A DNA stretch of 64,000 bases from Candidatus Latescibacterota bacterium (lineage in GTDB: Bacteria; Latescibacterota; UBA2968; UBA8231). How positions within the stretch are numbered: position 1 is the first letter of the stretch; every line of letters starts with the position of its first letter. The stretch covers positions 5,965 through 69,964 of the forward strand of contig JAPYQE010000003.1 in NCBI GenBank assembly GCA_029941315.1, given 5' to 3'. This document shows positions 1 to 9,539 of the stretch, piece after piece. Under the pieces are notes generated by a model. That model was not told the DNA's origin. It did no database searches and saw only the letters and a program-made list of their open reading frames with translations. Both the position numbers and the translations under genes were made by a program.

Positions 1-317
1 CCACGGCGAAAACGAAAACGCCCGAAGTCCAACAGAAAATCGTCGAAAACAACCAGTACGTCTTGCGGGTTTGTCTGCCACTGGGCACAAAGAGCAGCCA
101 CTGTCTTACCGCTGCTGTTCATAAAGGTCTGAGGCTTGACCAACATCACCTCCTGACCGCCCAACTCGACTGCGGCGACTTCGGCAACAGCGTCTTCCCG
201 GTGCTGCCAATCAACACCGCGCCGGGCCGCCAAGTGATCTACCGCCATAAAGCCTATATTGTGCCGGGTCGACGTATAGCGCGCACCGGGATTGCCCAAC
301 CCTAGGGCGATCCGCAA
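1..317 (-). CDS. pth: peptidyl-tRNA hydrolase, 5' part only (the gene continues past the window start)
   Basis: Minus-strand translation reads (M)RIALGLGNPGARYTSTRHNIGFMAVDHLAARRG...VKPQTFMNSSGKTV, which carries the Pth motifs GLGNPG, TRHN.GF and KPQTFMN.SG. The likely start is TTG (complement of 315-317) abutting the rplY stop. The conserved neighbourhood ispE / rplY / pth supports the call. Confidence 0.75.
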   Translation of the reverse strand, partial: MRIALGLGNPGARYTSTRHNIGFMAVDHLAARRGVDWQHREDAVAEVAAVELGGQEVMLVKPQTFMNSSGKTVAALCAQWQTNPQDVLVVFDDFLLDFGRFRFRR

Positions 318-319
318 GG

Positions 320-1018
320 TTACTCTTCTTCGCCCTCGCCACCAGCATCTGCGGCTTCTTCTTCGCCCTCGCCACCAGCATCTGCGGCTTCCTCCTCCTC
401 GTCCCCATCTTCGTCCTCAACGATCAGACGCGGCGCCAATACATTGACGATCGTGCGCACCACTTCGCTGGTGATGCGTGGCTCTTGCTCCACTAAGTCA
501 CTCACGTGCAAGCTGTCGCCAATCAGCAGCGAAGTGATATCGATCTCCACGGCGGAGGGCATCTCGGAGACGACGCATTCCATTTCTATCGCGGTCAAAG
601 TCTGTTGCAAAGACCCGCCTTCGGTGCGCACGCCCTCGGGGACGCCAACGGTTACGATCGGCACATTGGCGCGCAATGTTTCGGTCGGGTCGATGCGCAA
701 AAGATCCAAGTGCATCACATTACCACTCACCTTGTGGTATTGGATATCGCGGATCAGGGCCTTCTCGGACTCCTTGCTAGACTCCTCATGTTCGATAAGG
801 ATAATCGCATTCTGACCGCCCTTGCTCAGAATGAGTTCCAAGCTATGAGCATCGGTCTTGAAGGATTCGGCATCCTGCTTGTGACCGTAGATGACTCCGG
901 GCAGCTGACCGTGCAAGCGACGCATCTGGCCTACGGGCCCCTTGCCCTGCTCCTCGCGGGACGCGACCTTGAGCGAAACCTGCTGGCGCGCGTGGATCTT
1001 CAGCGGTACTTGCGGCAT
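320..1018 (-). CDS. rplY: 50S ribosomal protein L25 / general stress protein Ctc, with an acidic C-terminal repeat tail
   Basis: 232-aa ORF with the L25/Ctc fold signature (HGQLPGVIYGHKQD..., LDLLRIDPTE...). The C-terminus is a Glu/Asp/Gly-rich tail encoded by a tandem 33-bp repeat. Confidence 0.85.
   Translation of the reverse strand: MPQVPLKIHARQQVSLKVASREEQGKGPVGQMRRLHGQLPGVIYGHKQDAESFKTDAHSLELILSKGGQNAIILIEHEESSKESEKALIRDIQYHKVSGNVMHLDLLRIDPTETLRANVPIVTVGVPEGVRTEGGSLQQTLTAIEMECVVSEMPSAVEIDITSLLIGDSLHVSDLVEQEPRITSEVVRTIVNVLAPRLIVEDEDGDEEEEAADAGGEGEEEAADAGGEGEEE
325..390. repeat. tandem 33-bp direct repeat (x2) encoding an AADAGGEGEEE repeat in the L25 C-terminal tail
   Basis: The sequence cttcttcgccctcgccaccagcatctgcggctt occurs twice back to back (325-357 and 358-390). 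Confidence 0.8.
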
Positions 1019-1049
1019 TGGAACATCTCCTCGATAAACTAATTTTAAT

Positions 1050-1124
1050 TGGCAGCCCGGCGAGGACTCGAACCTCGATAAGCGGACCCAAAATCCGCTG
1101 TCCTACCAATTGAACGACCGGGCT
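1050..1124 (-). tRNA. tRNA-Gln (anticodon UUG), CCA encoded
   Basis: The reverse complement folds as a cloverleaf: acceptor AGCCCGG/CCGGGCT (7 bp, A1:U72), D-stem GTTC/GGAC with loop AATTGGTA, anticodon stem GCGGA/TCCGC with loop TTTTGGG (34-36 = UUG, G37), T-stem CGAGG/CCTCG with loop TTCGAGT, discriminator G plus CCA. The D-loop, discriminator and G37 match the second tRNA-Gln at 52037. Confidence 0.75.
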
Positions 1125-1148
1125 ACCTAAATTTCTCGATTACTTAAG

Positions 1149-2009
1149 CTATATTGACCGGCACAAAAAAGACCGGTAACCTTGCCCTTGCAGCGCTTGT
1201 TGCGCCTGAGAGGCGGTCGTCCGGTCGTCGAAGATACCGTAAACGGTGGAGCCACTGCCCGACATCGACGTGGCGCGAGCACCGGCTCGGTCCAGTTGAG
1301 AACGAAGTTCTGCGACGATGGGATAGGCGCGTTCTACCACGGGCATGAAGTCGTTCTCCAGCACTTCAAAAAGCCTATCGTGATCAACGCACCCGCCGCT
1401 CAAGGAAGAAGTAAATCTAAGATAGGGTGTATCGTCTGTCAAGACAGGTCGCAGTTGACCATAAGCCCACGCCGTACCCACCTCAACTTCCGGATAGGCC
1501 AAGACATAAAAGACCGCGCCGGCCCAGCCCAATGGTTCGAGGATCTCACCCCGACCCCGCATTAACGCGGTGCCTCCTACTACTAGAAAGGGGATATCCG
1601 AGCCTAGTTCAGCAGCGATCGTGTCGAGCTCTGTGCGATCTAATGGCTCTCCATAAAAGCGATTGAGCGCTCTCAGCGTCGCCGCCGCATCGGCGCTTCC
1701 CCCCCCTAGGCCTGCTCCCATAGGGATGTGTTTTTCCAAGTGGATGCGAAAATGCCGGATAGGATGGTCCAATCGGGCGCGAAATGAATCGACGGCGCGA
1801 CGCACTAGGTTATCGGGACCCGTCGACAAGTCTGCGATATTACAGGTCAGTTGATCAGAGGGTGCTGGTTCAAAATACAATATATCGGCTAGATCGACGC
1901 ATTGAGCAATGCTGACAATATCGTGATAACCGTCACTACGACGACCCAAGATTTTGAGTCCCAAGTTTATTTTCCCATACGCTTTCTCCGCCAGCGGGCC
2001 CTCTGTCAT
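1149..2009 (-). CDS. ispE: 4-diphosphocytidyl-2-C-methyl-D-erythritol kinase (GHMP kinase)
   Basis: 286 aa with the N-terminal K(I)NLGLKI..RR.DGYH motif and the GHMP ATP-binding loop PMGAGLGGGSADAAA. Confidence 0.85.
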   Translation of the reverse strand: MTEGPLAEKAYGKINLGLKILGRRSDGYHDIVSIAQCVDLADILYFEPAPSDQLTCNIADLSTGPDNLVRRAVDSFRARLDHPIRHFRIHLEKHIPMGAGLGGGSADAAATLRALNRFYGEPLDRTELDTIAAELGSDIPFLVVGGTALMRGRGEILEPLGWAGAVFYVLAYPEVEVGTAWAYGQLRPVLTDDTPYLRFTSSLSGGCVDHDRLFEVLENDFMPVVERAYPIVAELRSQLDRAGARATSMSGSGSTVYGIFDDRTTASQAQQALQGQGYRSFLCRSI

Positions 2010-2068
2010 TGGCGTACCTTGACCTTATTTCGTTAATATTCTACTATAAAACGATAAGAAGTGACATA

Positions 2069-5000
2069 ATGGCATATTATAAAGTCAATATATACAGTCT
2101 AATACTCCTTCTTGCCCTATGCTGCCCTGCTCCCAGCACGGCGCAAACGGACGCAGAAGAAGATGACTTCAAACTAGCCCGGAATCTTTTCCGCGACGCG
2201 GGCGATTATGCTACAGCCGCCGCGCTCTTCGCCGATTTCATTCGCAACTATCCCGCCAGTCCGCAATTAGCCGAAGCTCGCCTAATGCTATCTCGCGCCT
2301 ATCGTCAAAACGGTCGTTGCGATTTGGCAGTGCCGGCCTATGAGCAGTTCTATATAGAACACGCCGATCATTTAAGTACGGCCGACGCGCGGCGCGAACG
2401 GGCTGCTTGCCTTTCGCAGCAAGGTCAGTTTCTGCCGGCCGCTCGCGCATTTGAAGAGGTGCAGCGCCGTTTTAGCGCGGGCGAATTCGCCGCTAGCGCA
2501 CTGCTCGATGCGGCCGCCAATTATAAGCAGGGTCAGGACTTACGGCAAGCCATTGCCGCCTATCGACGTCTACTTGCCGACTATGCAACTTCGCCGCAAG
2601 TGCACTTGGCCCGTTATCGATTGGCCCGATTGCGCTTTGCCGCCGGCAAAGCCGAAGAAGCCCAACAACTGCTCAGTCAAATTATCGCCACTGAGCCCGC
2701 CCCACCCGAAGCGCCCAGTGCCCTACTGCTCGGCGGACGCATCGATCTTTTCTTGGGCAACCGCGAAGCCGCTGAGACCCGCTTCAAATCGCTGGAAAAA
2801 CGCTTTCCCTCGGCAGCGCAGACCGATAGTGCCTATCTGCATTACGCCGACCACCTCTATGGGTTGCGCCTCTTTAGCCAAGCAGGTGACGCCTACCAAA
2901 AAGCCTTCGACAAAATCGGCAACGCGACCCTCAAAGAGAGCGCTCTGCTAGGTCTCGCCGACGCCCGACGCCAAAGCCAGCAAACACGTGAAGCACTCGG
3001 CCACTACGAACGGTTGATCGCCGGGCTTGAACCCGGCCACCCGGCCTATCTCAAAGCACGCTTGGGACAGGCCATTGCCTTGGGACGGGCCGGACAGTTC
3101 GCCTTGGCGGTGGGCATGTTCCAAGGGCTGATCCAAATCGATGGCGCACCTGAAGCCAAGGACGCACTACGTGAATTGGGCGTGCTCTACAAGCGGCGCG
3201 GCGACCACAGCCGCTCGATCACTTGGTATCGCCGCTATTTGCAGGAAACCGACACGGCTTCCGACGCCGTCCGCTCCGACCTAGCCGAACTCTATAGCTC
3301 AACCGGCTATTACGAAGAGGCCATCGCGCTCTATCGCAAACTGGCATCGGGTCAGGGCGAAGTCGCCGCCAAAGCGCAATTCGGTTTGGCCCAAGTCTTT
3401 GAAGAAAGCAGCCAACCCCGCGCCGCGCTACGCGAATATGTCGCCTATCTCGAGCTCTTTCCCGCCGACCGCCAGAGCGAGGCCGTGCGCGAGCGCATTG
3501 AGTATTTGCGCGAATTCACCGTCATGAACCAGGCCGACCTCAACCGCGCGCTGCAAAAGGCCTGGATCGACGAGTTGAGCGGCACCCCGCGTCAACTAGC
3601 GCAATTAGACGTAGCGCGGGTACTTTTCGAGCACCACGATTTCGAGGCCGCTGCTAAATCTTTCGAACACTACGCCGCGGCTTATTCCAACGACCACTAC
3701 AGCAGCGAGGCGCAATATTTCCTGGCCGAGAGCTTGCTCAAACTCGCCCGCCAACGCCAACTCGAAGCGCAACCCGGCCGTGCCGATTCGCTGCGCGCCC
3801 TCGCACTACAAGAATACCGCATTCTCGCCGGGCAACCCGCAGAGGCTACGAGCGACAACTCCTGGACCCAGCGCGCACAAATTCGCCTTATCGAAACCCA
3901 GGCCGAAAGCGGTCCGGACTCATTGCGCCTACTTACACTAGAAAAGGGTTTTGCCGCCTTCGTCGTCGAAGCTGTCGAGGGCCAGAGCCCGCAATTGGAC
4001 CAGGCGCTCTTACAGCTAGGCGACGCGCGACGTCAGCTCGCGACCACCGACTCTACCCGCCTCGATGGCGCCGCCGAGGCTTACCGTCAGCTCCGTCGGC
4101 TCACACCCGACAGCCCGCTCGTACCTCAAGCACTATTGGGCGCCGGTCTTTATCACGCGCAAAAAGGCCAGTACCAAGCGGCGGCCGACTCGCTCGAACG
4201 CTTGCTCGGCGACTATCCCGACAACCCGCTGACAGCGCAGGTCCTCTTTGAGTTGGGCCATATCCGCCTGGCGCAAGACCGACCGCAAGAGGCCATCGCT
4301 CGTTTGCAAGAGCTGCGTTGGGGCTATCCGGCCTTTCCCAAACGCCGCGCCGCGCAAAAACTCCTAGGCGACACCTATTTCCAACTCGGCGAATTCGCCG
4401 GCGCCATCGAGCTTTATCAGCCACTGGTCACCGGCGCGACAACAGCCGACGACGGCGGCAGGATTCTCCGTCGCATCGCCCAAGCTTATCATCGGCTAGG
4501 CCGCCACGGCGAAGCATTGGAAGCTTATCGACAAGTGCTCACCGACGGGGCGGACGCAGGCTTGGACAGTATTTATTTCGCGCAAGCCGTATTGCAGTTG
4601 CAACTCGGACAAGAGGACGAAGCTTTTCGACTTTTTCAGCAGGTGGGGAAAGAATTCGCGTCTGGGGATCTGGCCGTCGAAGCCTCGACCCGGGCCGGTC
4701 ATATCGCCTTTGTGCGGGAGCGCTACAAACAGGCTCAACAAATTTATCAGCCCCTACTAAAACATAGCGAAGATCCGCTGGTGCACGGACAAGCCGTGCT
4801 TGCCCTATTTCGGCTCAAGCGCCTAGAAGAGGGACGTAAGGCGGGCAAGAACTTCACTAAACGCTTTAAAGAAGCGACAGAATGGAGCCAGCGCTTTCAA
4901 CTCGAAGAGGGACAATACTACTTACGGGCGGGCAACTACAAAAAAGCTCTTGCAGCATTCCAAAAAATAAAAGGGGGCGAGTGGGCCGATGATGGGGCCT

Positions 5001-5746
5001 TTCGGGTCGCAACGACACTGTGGATGCAAAACAAAGCAGCGCCTAGCGAGGAAGGCGCTGCTCGCGCATTGGAAGCCGTATCGCGCTTCGTGCAGGAACA
5101 TCCAACCAGCCCGCATGCGGCCGATGCCTATTTGCGCCTAGGCGATTACCAGTATTCGCTGCACAACTACCTGCAGGCCGCGGGTGCCTACAAACGCGTT
5201 CTCAACGCGACGCAAGTAGCCCGCGACTCGGCCCAGGACGCGGTGTGGAAGCTGCTTAAGAGCTACCAGGGCGCACACGAATATGAAGCGGCCCACCAGG
5301 TAGTCAACCAGCTCCTGCGCCAGTATCCCGAGCACCCAAAAACTGTCGACGCGCAACTTGAACTGGGTATCATCCTCAAGGATAAGGGCCATTATCCCCA
5401 AGCCATAGAACAGTTTGACGAGTTGCTTTCCCAACAACTGCTCGAAGCCAACAGCGCCTCTGAAGCCCGATTCTATATCGGCGAATCGTACCAGAATATG
5501 GGCGAATACCGCAAGGCCATCGAAGCCTACTACAAAGTCAGCTACCACGGCGCCAAGGGGTTTAGCCAGTGGATCACGTCGGCGGATTTCCAGCGCGCGC
5601 GCTGTCACCAATCGCTGGGCGAACACGCTACAGCCATCACCGTCTACGAGCGCATCGTGCGCCGCGAAGGGGGCCAAAGCCCCCAAGGGGAGATGGCCCA
5701 AGAACAGATCGTTGCCTTGCGCCGCAGTTTAGGCAATCGCAACTAA
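2069..5746 (+). CDS. large secreted tetratricopeptide-repeat (TPR) protein
   Basis: About 1225 aa. The second in-frame Met gives a signal peptide (MAYYKVNIYSLILLLALCCPAPSTAQT). Dozens of degenerate TPR-like A/L/Y-rich 34-mers (…AYYRLG…, …ALFELG…). Confidence 0.75.
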   Translation: MAYYKVNIYSLILLLALCCPAPSTAQTDAEEDDFKLARNLFRDAGDYATAAALFADFIRNYPASPQLAEARLMLSRAYRQNGRCDLAVPAYEQFYIEHADHLSTADARRERAACLSQQGQFLPAARAFEEVQRRFSAGEFAASALLDAAANYKQGQDLRQAIAAYRRLLADYATSPQVHLARYRLARLRFAAGKAEEAQQLLSQIIATEPAPPEAPSALLLGGRIDLFLGNREAAETRFKSLEKRFPSAAQTDSAYLHYADHLYGLRLFSQAGDAYQKAFDKIGNATLKESALLGLADARRQSQQTREALGHYERLIAGLEPGHPAYLKARLGQAIALGRAGQFALAVGMFQGLIQIDGAPEAKDALRELGVLYKRRGDHSRSITWYRRYLQETDTASDAVRSDLAELYSSTGYYEEAIALYRKLASGQGEVAAKAQFGLAQVFEESSQPRAALREYVAYLELFPADRQSEAVRERIEYLREFTVMNQADLNRALQKAWIDELSGTPRQLAQLDVARVLFEHHDFEAAAKSFEHYAAAYSNDHYSSEAQYFLAESLLKLARQRQLEAQPGRADSLRALALQEYRILAGQPAEATSDNSWTQRAQIRLIETQAESGPDSLRLLTLEKGFAAFVVEAVEGQSPQLDQALLQLGDARRQLATTDSTRLDGAAEAYRQLRRLTPDSPLVPQALLGAGLYHAQKGQYQAAADSLERLLGDYPDNPLTAQVLFELGHIRLAQDRPQEAIARLQELRWGYPAFPKRRAAQKLLGDTYFQLGEFAGAIELYQPLVTGATTADDGGRILRRIAQAYHRLGRHGEALEAYRQVLTDGADAGLDSIYFAQAVLQLQLGQEDEAFRLFQQVGKEFASGDLAVEASTRAGHIAFVRERYKQAQQIYQPLLKHSEDPLVHGQAVLALFRLKRLEEGRKAGKNFTKRFKEATEWSQRFQLEEGQYYLRAGNYKKALAAFQKIKGGEWADDGAFRVATTLWMQNKAAPSEEGAARALEAVSRFVQEHPTSPHAADAYLRLGDYQYSLHNYLQAAGAYKRVLNATQVARDSAQDAVWKLLKSYQGAHEYEAAHQVVNQLLRQYPEHPKTVDAQLELGIILKDKGHYPQAIEQFDELLSQQLLEANSASEARFYIGESYQNMGEYRKAIEAYYKVSYHGAKGFSQWITSADFQRARCHQSLGEHATAITVYERIVRREGGQSPQGEMAQEQIVALRRSLGNRN

Positions 5747-5771
5747 GGCGCCAATGGCAGGGAGAAATCCG

Positions 5772-6443
5772 ATGACTCATCTCGATTTTCTGCGTAATGT
5801 GTCACTCTTTGAGAGCCTGAACCAACAAGAGTTGGAAGCCCTTTCGGATGTGACCTTTACCCGCACCTTCAGCAAGGACAATGTCATTATCCTCGCCGAA
5901 GAAGAGGGCGACACGCTCTTTATCCTAAAAAAAGGCCAAGTAAAGGTCAGCATTGTCAGCGAAGAGGGCCGCGAGGTGATCCTGTCCCTTTTGGGGTCGG
6001 GATCGGTTTTTGGCGAACTATCACTCTTGGACGGCAAGCCGCGTTCGGCCAATGTTGTGGCCATCGAAGAAACCGACCTTCTGATGCTGCGTCGCGCCGA
6101 TTTTCTGCAACTCATCTACAAAACGCCGCAGATCGCCTCCGCGCTCTTAGCCGAGCTCGCAACTCGCCTGCGCAAAACCGATCGCCAGATTGAAGGCCTG
6201 GCCCTGCTAGATGTGACCAGTCGAATTTCCGATACCTTGCTACAACTGGCCACTGAGCAGGGCGCAGAGGCGAGCGATGGCGTCACGATCGAAAGCCGGC
6301 CCACTCATCAGGAGTTGGCCAATATGTCGGGCACTACCCGCGAGACGGTTTCGCGGGTTCTCAAGCGCCTTGAGGGCCAGGGCTATATCAACCGCAACGG
6401 GCGCAAGATCACGATACTGCGCGAGGATACGTGGAAGACCTGA
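5772..6443 (+). CDS. Crp/Fnr-family transcriptional regulator (cNMP-binding domain plus C-terminal HTH)
   Basis: Cyclic-nucleotide-binding beta-roll (FGELSLLDGKPRSANVVA) and a C-terminal HTH (QELANMSGTTRETVSRVLKRL). Start chosen at ATG 5772, which sits behind AGGGAG; the earlier ATG 5754 is also possible. Confidence 0.8.
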   Translation: MTHLDFLRNVSLFESLNQQELEALSDVTFTRTFSKDNVIILAEEEGDTLFILKKGQVKVSIVSEEGREVILSLLGSGSVFGELSLLDGKPRSANVVAIEETDLLMLRRADFLQLIYKTPQIASALLAELATRLRKTDRQIEGLALLDVTSRISDTLLQLATEQGAEASDGVTIESRPTHQELANMSGTTRETVSRVLKRLEGQGYINRNGRKITILREDTWKT

Positions 6444-6450
6444 TCCAATT

Positions 6451-8085
6451 ATGGCTACCTCTTCCCGACATCGCATTCTGCTGCTAACCCAGCACCCGAC
6501 GCTAGAGGCGGAGTTTCGATCCGCTTGCAATGGCGCGCGCCTGAAGGTAATCGACACGCCCAATAGCGGCACCCTCGATCCGCTGTTGAGGCGCGGAGTC
6601 GACTTGGTCGCCTTCGACTTGGCGCTCTCGAACGAGACGCTAGCGGCAGGTATTACCGCGCTCGACGGGTTCCGCGACGTGCCCATACTAGGTTTGGGCA
6701 AAGCAAACGAGGGCTGGCACCTGCTCCTGCGCGGCTCGCCGCTTGAAGACCAGATCACTCCGCCCTTCGAAAAAGGCGCGCTACAAAAAAAACTGGCCCA
6801 GCTAGTCGAACGAGGGCGTTTCTTGCGCGGGTCCGAGCTAGTCGGCGAATCGATGGCGATGCGCCAGTTGCGCGAGCGCATCCTGCTTATCGCACCCACA
6901 CCAGTATCGTCGATCCTGCTGACGGGCGAGAGCGGTGCCGGCAAGGACCTGGTCGCCGAAGCCCTACACCGCTACAGCGTCCGACGCGAGCACCCCATGC
7001 GCCCGCTCAACTGCGGCGCCATCCCCGAAAATCTGCTGGAAAACGAACTCTTCGGGCACGAAAAGGGGGCCTTCACCGATGCCCGTGCGCAACATCAGGG
7101 CATCTTCGAGCAGGCTAATAACGGCACGGTGTTTCTCGATGAAATCGGCGAGATGTCACTCGCCGCGCAAGTGCGGCTGTTGCGCGTGCTTGAGCAACGC
7201 GAAGTCACCCGCATCGGCGGGCATACGACCATACCCGTCGATATTCGCATTATCGCCGCGACGAACCGGGACTTGCAAGAGGCGGTGGCCGAGCGCGCGT
7301 TTCGCCTCGACCTCTATCATCGGCTCAAAGTCGTCGAACTCGCCATTCCCCCGCTGCGCCGCCGCAGCGAGGACATTCCCCTACTGATCGAACGATTCAC
7401 CAGCGAACTAAGCCAAGGCAACAAAACCCGCCTCGAAGGTTTCTCACCAGGGGCGATGGACCTTTTACAAAACTACGCCTGGCCCGGCAACGTGCGCGAA
7501 TTGCGCAACATTATCGAGCATCTAGTCTTCCTCGCGCCACGCGCAATCGTTGAACCCGAAGATCTTTTCCCGAATTTGGAAAACCCGCGGACCTCCGCGC
7601 GAAATTTGCCGGTGCCCACCAACAAAACACCGGACCAATCGGAGCGCGAGTTAATCTACTTCGCCCTCCTAGATCTCAAACGCGAAGTTGCCGAGTTGAG
7701 GAATACCGTTGAACGCACCGCACAATCGCCGGTCGCGAGCGATATCCCACCCTTGCGGGACCCCCGCACCGCGACGCCTGGACCACCTCAGCACCACACG
7801 AACCAACCCATCGCTCAACCCATCGCTCAACCCATCGCTCAACCCGTCTCATCCGACAGGCCTCACCAGATCGTCTATCCGGTCGAGGACGCGCCCTACG
7901 ACACCGAAAACGACCGCCCCCAACACGCGGCCGTCGAACCACTGCGCACACTGAGGGACCTGGAGAAAGAAGCCATTGAACAAGCGCTCGACCGAGTCGG
8001 CAGCAACCGCCGGAAAGCCGCGGACATTCTCGGCATCAGCGCCCGGACGCTCTACCGGAAGCTAAAAGAATACGGTCTCGAATGA
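6451..8085 (+). CDS. sigma-54-dependent response regulator (NtrC/Fis family: REC + AAA+ sigma-54 interaction domain + Fis HTH)
   Basis: REC-like N-terminus, then Walker A GESGAGKD, GAFTDA and the ESELFGHEKGAF region, then a C-terminal Fis-type HTH (RRKAADILGISARTLYRKLKEYGLE). The track's upstream ATG (6277) would overlap the crp-like gene, so ATG 6451 (MATSSRHRILLL) is used. Confidence 0.85.
   Translation: MATSSRHRILLLTQHPTLEAEFRSACNGARLKVIDTPNSGTLDPLLRRGVDLVAFDLALSNETLAAGITALDGFRDVPILGLGKANEGWHLLLRGSPLEDQITPPFEKGALQKKLAQLVERGRFLRGSELVGESMAMRQLRERILLIAPTPVSSILLTGESGAGKDLVAEALHRYSVRREHPMRPLNCGAIPENLLENELFGHEKGAFTDARAQHQGIFEQANNGTVFLDEIGEMSLAAQVRLLRVLEQREVTRIGGHTTIPVDIRIIAATNRDLQEAVAERAFRLDLYHRLKVVELAIPPLRRRSEDIPLLIERFTSELSQGNKTRLEGFSPGAMDLLQNYAWPGNVRELRNIIEHLVFLAPRAIVEPEDLFPNLENPRTSARNLPVPTNKTPDQSERELIYFALLDLKREVAELRNTVERTAQSPVASDIPPLRDPRTATPGPPQHHTNQPIAQPIAQPIAQPVSSDRPHQIVYPVEDAPYDTENDRPQHAAVEPLRTLRDLEKEAIEQALDRVGSNRRKAADILGISARTLYRKLKEYGLE
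7804..7848. repeat. tandem 12-bp repeat (caacccatcgct x3.75) encoding (QPIA)n in the linker of the sigma-54 activator
   Basis: Perfect head-to-tail copies read directly in the sequence. They lie in a Pro-rich low-complexity linker between the AAA+ domain and the HTH. Confidence 0.85.
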
Positions 8086-9539
8086 AGCACCCCGGGCTAC
8101 CGCGGCTTGCGATCATCTCTTGCGCCCTTCTGCTCTTTGCAGCCTTTTCCTCTAGGGCACAGAATACCACAGAGAGCATGCAACGGCTTGAAGACCTCAG
8201 CCAGGCATTCCGTCACGCCTACGAACAAGTGCGGCCGGCCGTAGTCCTCATCGCAACGACCCGGTCCTGGCAACAACACCTTTTACCCCGCTTCCATCCG
8301 AGAGTTCCGGATCTTCCCGAAGAAGATTTCCGCGGTATGGGATCGGGTACTATCATTAGCGACGACGGTTATATACTCAGTAACTACCACGTCATCGCAG
8401 GCGCCGACTCCATACAGGTCACCCTCTCCGACCGCCGCACCTACCAGGCCGAGGTCGTTGGTTTCGACTCGCTGATCGACATCGCGCTACTCAAGGTCGA
8501 CGCCGAGAAATTGCCCACCGTGCGTATTGCCGATTCGGATCTTTTGCAAGTCGGTGATTGGGTATTAGCCATCGGCCACCCTTTGGGCATGGGTGCAACA
8601 CTGACCCACGGTATTATCAGCGCCCTTGGACGCCAAGCGGGCGTTTTCGCCCTAGGCACCGATGAGGACAAAGGCTACGCCATCGAGAGCTTTATCCAAA
8701 CCAACGCGGTCATCAACCCCGGCAATTCAGGCGGCCCCCTGCTCGATTTGCAGGGCAGGGTAATAGGCATCAATACCGCCATTTCGACGCGTACTGGCTA
8801 CTATATCGGTTATGGATTGGCCGTACCGATCAATCTGGCCAACGAGGTAGTAGACGACCTATTGGTGCACGGTCGGATCGTCCGCGGCTATCTTGGCGTA
8901 AGCATGGAACCTGAGATGACTCAAGACCTAATCCGCAAACACGGCCTGGATATGGATCGCCCGCACGGCGTTTACCTCACCGGTGTTAAACCCAATAGCC
9001 CCGCCGAGCGCGGCGGCCTACTCGTCGGGGACATCGTGCTATCCGTCGATGGCACCGAGGTCGACCACTCCAACCAGATCCAGACCCTGATTTACAATCG
9101 CGACCCGGGCGAAACAATCGATCTGCACATTCTGCGCCAGGGCCAGCGGCAGTACCTCGGTGTCGAGCTCGGCGAACGCGCAGAAGACCGCATCCTAGCT
9201 CGGGGCCATCAGCGGGTTTCACAGTTGGGGCTTTCGGTCGAACCACTGCCTCCGGAACTGGCCTTTGAGCTGGGTTTTAACAGCCATGTCGCCGCCGAGC
9301 TAGGTTTCGACCAGGACGAGGGACCCGTCGTCGTCGTCGCGGTCGATCCGGGAGGCCCCGCAGCCGCCAAGGGCATCCAGACGCACGATGTAATTACCGA
9401 AGTCGACCAAGAGCGCATCACCTCGCTGCAACAGTTTATGCATTTTGTTTCGGGATTAGAGCAGGGACGGTCGGCATTATTTTGGTTTTGGCGGCCTGAG
9501 AACGGCATTGATGTGCGAGCGTTAAAAATTCCAGAATGA
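8082..9539 (+). CDS. htrA: periplasmic serine endoprotease, DegP/HtrA family (trypsin-like domain + PDZ domains)
   Basis: Signal peptide, catalytic triad context (HVIAGAD ... DIALLKV ... GNSGGPL), and two PDZ-like segments. The start overlaps the upstream stop by ATGA. Confidence 0.85.
   Translation: MKHPGLPRLAIISCALLLFAAFSSRAQNTTESMQRLEDLSQAFRHAYEQVRPAVVLIATTRSWQQHLLPRFHPRVPDLPEEDFRGMGSGTIISDDGYILSNYHVIAGADSIQVTLSDRRTYQAEVVGFDSLIDIALLKVDAEKLPTVRIADSDLLQVGDWVLAIGHPLGMGATLTHGIISALGRQAGVFALGTDEDKGYAIESFIQTNAVINPGNSGGPLLDLQGRVIGINTAISTRTGYYIGYGLAVPINLANEVVDDLLVHGRIVRGYLGVSMEPEMTQDLIRKHGLDMDRPHGVYLTGVKPNSPAERGGLLVGDIVLSVDGTEVDHSNQIQTLIYNRDPGETIDLHILRQGQRQYLGVELGERAEDRILARGHQRVSQLGLSVEPLPPELAFELGFNSHVAAELGFDQDEGPVVVVAVDPGGPAAAKGIQTHDVITEVDQERITSLQQFMHFVSGLEQGRSALFWFWRPENGIDVRALKIPE

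Noticed and set aside
63-305. 80-aa plus-strand ORF at the window start
   Set aside because: The opposite strand encodes a clearly recognisable peptidyl-tRNA hydrolase N-terminus, so the plus-strand frame is antisense noise.
6277-6450. Upstream ATG extension of the sigma-54 activator
   Set aside because: It would overlap the crp-like gene by 167 nt in another frame. ATG 6451 gives a normal REC-domain N-terminus right after the crp stop.
7804-7848. Tandem 12-bp repeats considered as a CRISPR or minisatellite locus
   Set aside because: They are in-frame inside a conserved regulator gene, only about four units, with no spacers. It is a coding low-complexity linker.
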